Positions 19,449 to 27,606 of a stretch of 63,611 bases of DNA are shown in pieces (position 1 is the first letter of the stretch; each line of letters begins with the position of its first letter). Source of the DNA: Candidatus Bathyarchaeia archaeon. GTDB taxonomy: Archaea; Thermoproteota; Bathyarchaeia; Bathyarchaeales; DTEX01. The DNA lies in contig JAWAXL010000002.1 of the NCBI GenBank assembly GCA_038820405.1, positions 1 through 63,611 on the forward strand, read 5' to 3'. Position numbers and translations under genes: made by a program. Under the pieces are notes generated by a model. It searched no databases and was not told where the DNA came from. It saw only the letters and a list, made by a program, of their open reading frames with translations.

Positions 19449-19487
19449 GAGCATAGTTGACAAGCTGGTAAAACGCATGTTTAATTA

Positions 19488-20192
19488 TTGTGGATTGCTT
19501 CATCATCTTTTCTGATTGCCTTCTCAGGAGCCATCGTCCCCGGACCCGTCTTCGCGCTAGTTCTCTTAAGTTCCCTTGATGAGGGGAAGATAACAGGTCC
19601 CCTAATAGTTCTAGGACATCTTCTGGCAGAGGGCGCAATAATAGTGGCAACTTTTATGGGTTTTCATAGCATCTTGCAATTTAATGAAGTTAGGACATGA
19701 GCATAACAGGTATACCTGTTACAGGAGAAAACTTGCAATTTAATAAAGTTTAGGACTGCAATTGGTTACGTTGGTGGAATAATACTAATGCTTACGGGCT
19801 TAAAATTAATTCTTAATATAAAGAGGATTAAGTTTAAAATTACTTCAGATTAAATGGCGGGGTCAAATCGGGGAGGTCGCTTCCATATAAATTGATCTTC
19901 CTAGGTCTTTTAGCCAGCGTCTCAAACCACCACTTCTTTTTATGGTGGCTAGCGATAGGTCTCACCTTAATGGCTAATTCTATCCTTATGGCTGGACTGT
20001 TAGGCTTTGTTTCCTTTTTAATTGGGCATGCTGCCGCAGACCTTATTTGGTTCAGCTTCATCAGCTTCTCCGTACATGAGGGAAAAAGAATCCTAAATGA
20101 AAAATCTCTTAATATAATTCTTCTTGGGAGTTTCCATTTTCATAATACTCTTCGCAATATACTTAATTTTATTAACATCTTACGCGTGCTAA
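19488..20192 (+). pseudogene. LysE/RhtB-type amino-acid exporter gene, disrupted at three points
   Basis: N-terminus FLIAFSGAIVPGPVFALVLL is LysE-like. A 60-nt in-frame block (19698-19757) carries two stops. A frameshift sits at an A4 run near 19836-19839. A second frameshift near 20123-20130 precedes the TM tail VSIFIILFAIYLILLTSYAC*. The repaired length is about 215 aa. Confidence 0.7.
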
Positions 20193-20314
20193 CGCTAATA
20201 CCCTTGGCCAATATAAGCATAGGAGGCCCAGCAAAATGCTTTTACTCTATCCTCTCCTAAATTATTCTTTTAAGGTAATCTATAGAACTTTATAGGAGCG
20301 ATCTGGGAATCACC

Positions 20315-23221
20315 TTGAGCGTTGTGGACCAGAGTATTCAAAGTGTAAATAGAGAAAGGAACGCGTTTGATTTGCTAGTCCGCCCTATACGTAAACTTAT
20401 TGAGGAGAAGGGCTTTAAGACACCGACAGAGTCTCAAGAAAAGGTTATACCAAGGATACTTGAGGGGAGGAATGTTCTCTTAATATCGCCGACTGCTAGT
20501 GGGAAAACGGAGGCTGCCATCCTCCCAGTTCTAAACATGCTCATCCAAATGCCGAAAAGGGAGCCAGGAATAAAAGTCCTATATATTACGCCGCTGAGAG
20601 CCCTGAATAGGGACATGCTGGAGCGTCTTGAGTGGTGGTGTAGTAAACTGGATATTAAACTGGCAGTTAGACACGGCGACACGGATGCGAATGAGCGTTC
20701 AAGACAGGCTAGAAGCCCCCCTGACATGTTGATAACGACTCCCGAAACGCTTCAATCAATATTGGCTGGCCGGGTTATGCGCCGTCACCTCAAGTCGGTA
20801 CGTTGGGTGATCGTTGACGAAGTTCATGAACTGGCTGATAGTAAGCGTGGGACTCAGCTCTCATTAGCCCTTGAGAGGCTTAGAGTTATATCTGGTAGAG
20901 ACTTCCAAGTAATTGGTCTCTCGGCAACAATAGGTACACCGGAGAAGGTTGCCCAATTCCTAGTCGGAAATGATAGACCAATAGAAGTTGTCAGAGTCCC
21001 AGTGGCCAGATTAATGAGGATTCGGATCCTTTATCCTAAACCTGAACCACAAGATTATGAGTTAGCCTCGAAGTTATTTACGCATCCAGAGGTTGCTGCG
21101 AGACTTAGAATAATGCGCCAGCTAATAGAGAAATATAATTCAACTCTCCTCTTCACAAATACTAGAACTATCTCCGAGATTCTGGCGAGTAGATTTAAGA
21201 TATGGGATGTGAACTTTCCCATATCAATTCATCATGGCTCCTTGGCTAAACCCTCCAGAATTGCCGCTGAGAGGGGATTAAAGGAGGGGGAGCTGCGGGG
21301 TTTAGTCTGCACTAGTAGTCTGGAGCTCGGCTTAGATGTTGGTAGAATAGACCTCGTTATACAGTACATGAGCCCACGCCAAGTTACCAGGTTGATACAG
21401 CGGGTAGGTAGGAGTGGACATAGAGTTGGTCATATGGCTAATGGCGTAATCATAACTATGGACCCAGATGATACGTTGGAGGCGATGGTTATAGGGAGAA
21501 GAGCTTATGTTGAGGATCTTGAACCAGTAGACATACCAGAGAAGCCATTCGATGTGCTAACCCATCAGATAGCTGCCCTACTACTCGAAAACAAGCGTAT
21601 AACCGTTAAGGAAATATTGGAAACTTATAAGAGAGCCTATCCCTACAGGGACCTAACTATTGATGATATAAACCGTGTCTTAGAATACATGCATAATAGG
21701 TTCCCAAGACTCGCTTGGGTTTCGTTTGATGATGGTGTAGTTCTCAAGCCACGTAATCCCAAGGCCCTCTTCGAATACTTTTTTGAGAATATCTCAATGA
21801 TACCGGACGAGAAGCATTATTTAGTGATAGATAAGGAGACTGATACAGCTATAGGGCTCTTAGACGAGGCATTTGTCGCCGAATATGGTAAACCTGGAGT
21901 TAAATTTGTTATCCGCGGCAGCCCATGGAAAATAGTAAGCATTGAAGGTGATAAAATTTGCGTAAAGCCTGTTGAAGATCCAACTGGTGCCATTCCGAGC
22001 TGGGTTGGTGAAGAGATACCCGTTCCATTTGAGGTTGCACAAGAAGTAGGCTCAATAAGGGCGTTTGTGGAAGAGAAAATTAAAGCTGGTTTTAGCCCAG
22101 ATGATATAGCTAAGGAGCTCTCCAAAATATACCCCGCAGATGAGAAAACGGTTCTTGATGCGATCTCTGAGACAGTTGAGCATGTAAAGATGGGTTATCC
22201 TGCCCCAACAGATAAGCGTATAATCGTTGAGGAATGGGAAGACTTTATAATATTACACTGCAACTTCGGCTCTCTAACAAATAGGGCTCTCGCACAGTTT
22301 TTGGGCCACATGCTTTCTGAAATAACCGGCTACTTAGCGGTAGTTCAACACGATCCCTACAGGATATTCATCCAAACTGTAGAGAGGATTAAGCCAGAAG
22401 TTGTCATCAAGATCCTTTACGACCAGAAAGATTATAGTGAGGAGAAGATAAGGGAACTTCTTATGAAAGCCACCGTCAAAACTGGCATATTTAAGAGGCG
22501 TCTAATTCACGTTGCTAGGAGGCTAGGTGCAATACATAAGGATGTGAATTTTGAAAGCATAAGCCTAAGAAACCTAGTTAAGAGCTTTGAGGAAACAGTA
22601 ATCTACGATGAAGCTCTAAGAGAGGTTTTTACAAAAGATCTTGATCTTGTGAATTTAATTAACGTTTTTAAGATGATAAAGCACGGTGATATAAAGGTCG
22701 TTTACATCAAGACTGGCGGCGAGCTTACTCCCATTGCTCGTCTAGGGATGGAGCGTATAAGTATGAAAACCGATCTTATACCACCGGATAAAATGCGGAG
22801 AATATTGATAGAGTCCGTTAAGGTTAGGCTTTTGAGTGAGGCTCGAACCTTCATCTGTACAGAATGCTGGGATTACCTTGAAATTATAACTCTACAGGAT
22901 CTGCCCAGTAGACCATTATGCCCAAGGTGCGGGTCGCCGAGGCTAGGTATACTTGAGGTCGAGGAGGAGGATGCATATCCACTTATAGAGAAAAAATATG
23001 AAAAATTGACCAAAAGTGAGGAGCTTCTTAAGGAGAGGGCTGTTGAGACAGCGGAGCTCATTGCAAGGTACGGTAAAGCCGCAGCTATAGCTCTCTCAGA
23101 TAAGAGGCTTAGAATAAGCAATGTGAAAGAAATATTGGCTGAGGAGAGTTCCCTTACAGACAGATTCTTTGAAATGATAATTGAGGCTGAGCGGGAAGCG
23201 CTTAAAAGAAGGTTCTGGTAA
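20315..23221 (+). CDS. lhr: Lhr-type large superfamily-2 helicase
   Basis: Walker A SPTASGKTEA, DEVH box VIVDEVHE, LSATIG, QRVGRSGH, and a C-terminal zinc ribbon CTECWDY...CPRCGSP. 968 aa. Confidence 0.85.
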   Translation: MSVVDQSIQSVNRERNAFDLLVRPIRKLIEEKGFKTPTESQEKVIPRILEGRNVLLISPTASGKTEAAILPVLNMLIQMPKREPGIKVLYITPLRALNRDMLERLEWWCSKLDIKLAVRHGDTDANERSRQARSPPDMLITTPETLQSILAGRVMRRHLKSVRWVIVDEVHELADSKRGTQLSLALERLRVISGRDFQVIGLSATIGTPEKVAQFLVGNDRPIEVVRVPVARLMRIRILYPKPEPQDYELASKLFTHPEVAARLRIMRQLIEKYNSTLLFTNTRTISEILASRFKIWDVNFPISIHHGSLAKPSRIAAERGLKEGELRGLVCTSSLELGLDVGRIDLVIQYMSPRQVTRLIQRVGRSGHRVGHMANGVIITMDPDDTLEAMVIGRRAYVEDLEPVDIPEKPFDVLTHQIAALLLENKRITVKEILETYKRAYPYRDLTIDDINRVLEYMHNRFPRLAWVSFDDGVVLKPRNPKALFEYFFENISMIPDEKHYLVIDKETDTAIGLLDEAFVAEYGKPGVKFVIRGSPWKIVSIEGDKICVKPVEDPTGAIPSWVGEEIPVPFEVAQEVGSIRAFVEEKIKAGFSPDDIAKELSKIYPADEKTVLDAISETVEHVKMGYPAPTDKRIIVEEWEDFIILHCNFGSLTNRALAQFLGHMLSEITGYLAVVQHDPYRIFIQTVERIKPEVVIKILYDQKDYSEEKIRELLMKATVKTGIFKRRLIHVARRLGAIHKDVNFESISLRNLVKSFEETVIYDEALREVFTKDLDLVNLINVFKMIKHGDIKVVYIKTGGELTPIARLGMERISMKTDLIPPDKMRRILIESVKVRLLSEARTFICTECWDYLEIITLQDLPSRPLCPRCGSPRLGILEVEEEDAYPLIEKKYEKLTKSEELLKERAVETAELIARYGKAAAIALSDKRLRISNVKEILAEESSLTDRFFEMIIEAEREALKRRFW

Positions 23222-23293
23222 CCTTATTAATGCGTAAGATAAAAATATGGCTTTTAACACTTAAGTGAGAATTAGAAGTGGAGAGTGGACTAA

Positions 23294-23767
23294 TTGTTTA
23301 TAGCTCCATTTGTAGCCTCTCCAGAACCAGTTATACGCAGACTTTTACAAATGGCTGATCTTAAGCCAGGTGAGGTTTTTGTTGATTTAGGTGCTGGTGA
23401 TGGTAGACCAGTAATAATTGCTGCTAAAGAATTTGGGGCTTATGCTATCGGTATAGAGCTTAGAGAGGATTTGGTTAAGCAAGCTATGAAAAAGGTGATT
23501 GAATTAGGTTTACAGGATAGGGTCAAAATAATTCACGGCGATATATTTGGTGTTGACATAAGTATGGCGGATGTTGTCTACCTCTACTTAACTACAAGCG
23601 CAAATGAGAAGGTCAGACCTAAACTTGAGAATGAGCTTAAGAAGGGTGCAAGGGTTGTTTCACACGATTATGAGATAATGGGTTGGAAACCAATTAGAGT
23701 TGAGCGTTTCTGCGAAAATTCTTATCTGGGCTTTCCTACACATACATTATATCTTTACAAGAGATAA
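23294..23767 (+). CDS. Class I SAM-dependent methyltransferase
   Basis: Motif I VFVDLGAGDGRPVIIAA, then the acidic loop IGIELRED and HGDIF. Confidence 0.7.
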   Translation: MFIAPFVASPEPVIRRLLQMADLKPGEVFVDLGAGDGRPVIIAAKEFGAYAIGIELREDLVKQAMKKVIELGLQDRVKIIHGDIFGVDISMADVVYLYLTTSANEKVRPKLENELKKGARVVSHDYEIMGWKPIRVERFCENSYLGFPTHTLYLYKR

Positions 23768-23915
23768 AAATTGAAAAATTATTGTTCTTCTTCCATAATT
23801 CTATTTTTAATTCCTAAATCAGAAATGCTTAGTTTTTCTGTTTAGGTTCTCGGGATTAATGTTTATTAGGGAGCATTTTTCTTAGGTATTTCGAAAGGGA
23901 AATAGGGAATCATAT

Positions 23916-24446
23916 ATGACCTTTATCCCATGGAGATATGTGAAGACTTGGCATTGCAATGGATGCGGATTATGCTGTAAGGAGTTTGAAGTAGTCTTAA
24001 CCTTTAATGAATGGTTAAATATAACAAAAATTTACGGTGTGGGCGTAACAAAAGCAGAGTTAAATAAGCTTTACCTGGGTAAGAGATCTGATGGTTCATG
24101 CATCTTTCTGTACCCTGGTTTAAATGGAAAATGGTTATGTGGACTACAACATATTAAACCATTAGCATGTAAACTCTGGCCCTTTAAGGTTCTCAGTAAA
24201 CCTAAGTACGGTCATCCCTCTGAGGCGCTGTTCGAGTACTTAGACCAAAAATTCTATGTATATGTAGATCCATTCTGTATAGGCATACACTGGGGTGAAC
24301 CGACTACGGAGCTAATCTATAAAATAATACCGGAGTTTATAGAGATAGCGCTCGGTTTCAGAAAGAACCAATTCTACTCAACGATGATGATTAAACCAGC
24401 GTTCTTCTCGGTTAAGATAAGAAATAATTATTGTAAACTAATTTAG
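23916..24446 (+). CDS. YkgJ-family cysteine-cluster protein (CxxCxxCC)
   Basis: WHCNGCGLCCKEFEV matches the UPF0153/YkgJ Zn/Fe-chelating motif. Confidence 0.65.
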   Translation: MTFIPWRYVKTWHCNGCGLCCKEFEVVLTFNEWLNITKIYGVGVTKAELNKLYLGKRSDGSCIFLYPGLNGKWLCGLQHIKPLACKLWPFKVLSKPKYGHPSEALFEYLDQKFYVYVDPFCIGIHWGEPTTELIYKIIPEFIEIALGFRKNQFYSTMMIKPAFFSVKIRNNYCKLI

Positions 24447-24586
24447 TCAAGTCCTATGAAAATTTAGTTCTCCTTGTTGAGAATTGTGCATACACTCAAG
24501 GTTAACGGTGCAGTTTTGGCTGAAAAATTACCTTAAGTTTTGGTAAAAGCCTTTTATATTTTTATCAGAGAATATTAGTTGGGTGG

Positions 24587-24805
24587 ATGTGCCAGATGAC
24601 GGAGGAAAAGAAACTCAAAATATCAGTAGACTTTGGTTCTTCCCTCAAATTTTGGTTCGCCTTTTTCGTGGTGCAGGTAATAGCAATGCTAATCGCGATG
24701 GCCGTACTTATAGGAATTCTAGGCTTAATTATACATATGCTCCCAGGGATGCCCCCACTAACAATCTTTATAGTGTTCGCTCAGAGCATCTTAGGCATAT
24801 TCTAG
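24587..24805 (+). CDS. Small hypothetical membrane protein
   Basis: Two hydrophobic helices (FWFAFFVVQVIAMLIAMAVLIGILGLII; PPLTIFIVFAQSILGIF). No homolog recognised. It competes with an overlapping 88-aa ORF in another frame. Confidence 0.35.
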   Translation: MCQMTEEKKLKISVDFGSSLKFWFAFFVVQVIAMLIAMAVLIGILGLIIHMLPGMPPLTIFIVFAQSILGIF

Positions 24806-24938
24806 TACATAATTCCTTTTTCTTTAGTATAAGTTGGACTCGCGAATAAAAATTCATTGAAAATTAAAAATAGTTATGTGGGAGAACACAAAACTTTATA
24901 ACAAAAACTTCCCAAAAATATTATTGAGTAGGGGAGTG

Positions 24939-25055
24939 GGGCCGGTCGTCTAGCATGGTTAGGACGTCTGCCTGACAGATAAAATCCGGGAGGCGCAGAA
25001 AAACCCGCTAAAAGGTTCTGTAAGGTCGCCGGTTCAAGTCCGGCCCGGCCCACCA
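24939..25055 (+). tRNA. tRNA-Val (anticodon GAC) with two BHB introns and genomically encoded CCA
   Basis: Acceptor GGGCCGG/CCGGCCC, discriminator A and CCA. D arm GUCU-AGCAUGGUUA-GGAC. Anticodon stem UCUGC(24967-71)/GCAGA(24995-99). T arm GCCGG-UUCAAGU-CCGGC. The 117 nt reduce to 78 nt after removing 24977-24992 and 25001-25023. Confidence 0.85.
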
Positions 25056-25057
25056 CC

Positions 25058-25062
25058 TTTTT
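25058..25062 (+). terminator. Oligo-T tract immediately after the tRNA 3' end
   Basis: A TTTTT run starts 3 nt after the encoded CCA. Archaeal RNAP terminates at oligo-T. Confidence 0.4.
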
Positions 25063-25439
25063 GGTTCAAGTCAAGTAGTTAGTTGCCAAAACATATAAGT
25101 ACAACGTTATCTTTTAAGATGTCTTGGGACGTCGTTGCCACATATATTTCTCTGACTGGTTCAGCGATATGTTCAATTCGGTCTTTAAATAACATTGATC
25201 CTAAGGGCACTCGTAGGGATTACTAAGTTGTTTATAGACTTGTTAATAGAGGAGCGTTGGGTGATCATGACCCAGGCATGGATCAGTACTCAAAGAATAT
25301 TCTCTAAAAGGCTCTCTCATTAACATTCTATATCAAGGTGTCAGATGTAGGGTCTATTCGGCGCTAAAGACCGGGCTCATAGTTAAAAAATGCACTTCAC
25401 CTCATCAAAAATATAGAGGCATGCGGCTTAATTAGCTCC

Positions 25440-25994
25440 CTAAAGACTATGGATTTGTTTTAGATCTTTAGCTAGCATCTCTGCGTTTGATGTAAGATAA
25501 CGGTGTATGTTTACAATAACCTCTAGGTCTTGGACTATTACATCTATGATGAGACAGGTTCTCCAGATACGTTCATCCTGGTTCTTTTTTAGGCTATCAG
25601 AATATGCTTTTAATAAACCTGATGCGAAATATATTATATCTGCGATTTCTTTCAGCTTAGAAGATAACCAAGAGATCTCACACTCTCTGTTAGAAACTAA
25701 CTCATTAACGATCTTTTTAAGGGAATTTCTAAAGTCTTCCAGCATCTTAATTGATAATTTATCAATTTTCCTTTGCACCTCCCTCTCATCCAGCTTTACT
25801 CCAGCCCCCTCAAGAGCTATCTTAAGATGCTCAATTATAATGTTAATTCTTTTAATCGCGAGCGTCAAATGAAACCTTAACCCCTCATTTGCTTTGCTTG
25901 CAGCGTCCTTAAGGGCATCCAGCATATCAATCATAATCCAGTAAAAGGCATGGAGAATCTGAAATATAGAGAAAGCTAAATCATGCTTGACCAA
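25440..25994 (-). CDS. Hypothetical all-helical protein (184 aa)
   Basis: Clean ORF with heptad-like helical sequence. No motif recognised. It lies downstream of a tRNA, after 385 nt of non-coding DNA. Confidence 0.45.
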   Translation of the reverse strand: MVKHDLAFSIFQILHAFYWIMIDMLDALKDAASKANEGLRFHLTLAIKRINIIIEHLKIALEGAGVKLDEREVQRKIDKLSIKMLEDFRNSLKKIVNELVSNRECEISWLSSKLKEIADIIYFASGLLKAYSDSLKKNQDERIWRTCLIIDVIVQDLEVIVNIHRYLTSNAEMLAKDLKQIHSL

Positions 25995-26142
25995 CTCTGA
26001 TCCCTCTATATATATAAAAAATAAGTTTCTCAGAAGAAATATTTTTAATTTAATGATCTGTAGCTAGCCTTTTATTGCTTGGGCAATTATTTAGGGAACT
26101 CGTAAGAATTATTAAAAAGATTTATTAATAAAGTTTTTAGGT

Positions 26143-26565
26143 GTGAAGATGCGAGGTAAAGATAGTATTATACGTTTTAGCGTCTCACTTCCCCCATCTA
26201 TTGTTAAAGAGTTTGACGATGTTTGGAGAAGCATGGGTTACGAGAGCCGCTCTAAGGCAGTTCATGATGCTATCCAGTCATTTATAAGTGAGCTTAAGTG
26301 GACATTTTCGGGTGCCGAACATGTAGCTGGCGCCATCCTTATCTGCTATTACCTAGATAAACCAGATATAGTAGAGAAAATTATGAGTTTACAACACAAG
26401 TTCATGGATATTATAATCTCAACAACGCATGTACACTTGAAAGAAGATATTTGCCTAGAGATAATCGCAGTTAATGGAGAGACCAGCGAAATAAAAAAGC
26501 TAGCGGAAGAAATAATGACTAAAAAAGGTGTTAAGCAGGTCAAAGTCGCAGTAATTTCTCCATAA
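26143..26565 (+). CDS. nikR: NikR-family nickel-responsive regulator (RHH + ACT-like metal-binding domain)
   Basis: RHH N-terminus IRFSVSLPPSIVKEFDD...SRSKAVHDAIQSFI. C-domain TTHVHLKEDICLEIIAVNGETSEIKKLAEEIMTKKGV matches the NikR H.H....C.E pattern. Confidence 0.8.
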   Translation: MKMRGKDSIIRFSVSLPPSIVKEFDDVWRSMGYESRSKAVHDAIQSFISELKWTFSGAEHVAGAILICYYLDKPDIVEKIMSLQHKFMDIIISTTHVHLKEDICLEIIAVNGETSEIKKLAEEIMTKKGVKQVKVAVISP

Positions 26566-26620
26566 ATCATTTAATTTATATGGTCCCTGTTGATAGCATT
26601 AGCGATATATTTAAGTATTA

Positions 26621-26653
26621 TTAATCGTAAAAATATTTACGATTAATCGTAAA
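26621..26653. promoter_or_regulatory. Operator-like palindrome upstream of dtxR-feoAB
   Basis: TTAATCGTAAA (26621-31), AATA spacer, TTTACGATTAA (26636-46) form perfect 11-bp inverted arms. A third direct copy TTAATCGTAAA lies at 26643-53. The site ends 15 nt before the ATG at 26669. An AT-rich TATA-like stretch lies at 26606-20. Confidence 0.6.
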
Positions 26654-26668
26654 TAGGTTTAAATTAGA

Positions 26669-27325
26669 ATGGAAATGTCTAGTGTTATAGAGGAGTATCT
26701 TGAAGCAATTTATAGACTTCAGGAGCGCCATGAGGTTGCCAGGACAGGCGATTTAGTTGAAAAACTAAAGGTCTCCCCTGGAACAATAACAAATACTATT
26801 GAGAGACTTGAGAGAATGCTCCTTGTTGTTCACGAACCGTATAGGGGTGTACAATTAACTGAAAAGGGACGGAAAATAGCCTTAAGCGTTCTTAGGAAAC
26901 ATAGGCTTTTAGAGAAACTTCTATTTGATATTCTAGGGATTGAGTGGTGCAGTGTTCATGAGCACGCCTGTAATCTCGAGCACTGGATAAATGAGCATAT
27001 TGCCAGAAGAATTGAATATGTTCTAGGTTCTCCAAAGAAATGTCCTCATGGAAATCCCATCCCCTCGGAGGACAACAAAATATTTGAGGAGTGTGAAAAG
27101 ATGCTTGCTGAAATCAACCTTGGCGAAAAAGTAGTGGTCTCAAGAATACTTGAGGAGGAGCCTGCTACACTAAGATACCTTGAGGAGATCAGAGTAAAGC
27201 CTGAAAGCCTCATAGAAGTTATTGAAAAGCGCCTACTAAACGATTTAATGATTGTCAGAGTGAATGATAAAGTTCATGCACTAGACCGTAAAATTGCCTC
27301 ACTTATAATGGTTAAAGAAACTTAG
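26669..27325 (+). CDS. DtxR/IdeR/MntR-family metal-dependent repressor with C-terminal FeoA/SH3-like domain
   Basis: IEEYLEAIYRL.E....ARTGDLVEKLKVSPGTITNTIERLE...LTEKGRKIALSVLRKHRLLEKLL...HE.ACNLEH...CPHGNPIP. Confidence 0.88.
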   Translation: MEMSSVIEEYLEAIYRLQERHEVARTGDLVEKLKVSPGTITNTIERLERMLLVVHEPYRGVQLTEKGRKIALSVLRKHRLLEKLLFDILGIEWCSVHEHACNLEHWINEHIARRIEYVLGSPKKCPHGNPIPSEDNKIFEECEKMLAEINLGEKVVVSRILEEEPATLRYLEEIRVKPESLIEVIEKRLLNDLMIVRVNDKVHALDRKIASLIMVKET

Positions 27326-27339
27326 CAGATTAATTCTAG

Positions 27340-27606
27340 GTGATCTGCTTGGAGGTCCCGCTGACCGAGTTGAGGGAAGGTGATACCGGAGTAATCACTA
27401 AAATAGTGGTTGGTTTAGGTCATGGATGGTGCTGGGCTCATGGAATTAGAAAAAGACTTGCAGACATGGGATTGACGCCAGGGACTAAGGTCACCGTTAT
27501 TAGATCTGCCCCACTTAATGGGCCAGTTGAGATTTATGTTAGGGGCTATAAGCTCGCCATCAGTAGAGAGGTCGCTGAAAGGATCTTTGTGGAGGTTCAG
27601 AGATGA
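27340..27606 (+). CDS. feoA: Ferrous iron transport protein A
   Basis: LTELREGDTGVITKI...RLADMGLTPGTKVTVIRSAPLNGPVEIYVRGYKLAISREVAERIFV. GTG start. Confidence 0.85.
   Translation: MICLEVPLTELREGDTGVITKIVVGLGHGWCWAHGIRKRLADMGLTPGTKVTVIRSAPLNGPVEIYVRGYKLAISREVAERIFVEVQR

Noticed and set aside
19690-19760. Possibility that the 60-nt stop-containing block in the LysE-like gene is a BHB-type mRNA intron (as known for archaeal cbf5)
   Set aside because: The best in-frame BHB I could build has a central helix UUAG/UUAG-type with two G-U pairs and essentially no flanking helices. The gene also has two additional frameshifts, so splicing would not rescue it.
19411-20061. ORFs 19411-19650 (minus) and 19840-20061 (minus)
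   Set aside because: They are antisense to the ACT-regulator 3' end and the LysE-like pseudogene. The peptides are Arg/Leu/Pro-rich with no motif, consistent with shadow frames.
24874-25056. 60-aa minus-strand ORF (MVGRAGLEPATLQNLLAG...)
   Set aside because: It is the antisense shadow of the tRNA-Val gene. The GC-rich tRNA stems create an open frame, and it has no independent support.
25063-25072. GGTTCAAGTC, a 10-nt copy of the tRNA T-arm sequence 8 nt after the tRNA end, as a possible att site
   Set aside because: It is only 10 nt and directly adjacent, so it does not bracket any element. I could not find a longer distal copy by eye. It is kept only as a weak supporting note.
25243-25326. 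Short minus-strand reading MLMREPFREYSLSTDPCLGHDHPTLLY* reminiscent of a tyrosine-recombinase C-terminus (LGH....Y)
   Set aside because: It is 27 codons with only a loose LGH/Y resemblance and no upstream R..H..R box region in any frame. It cannot be distinguished from chance without a profile search.
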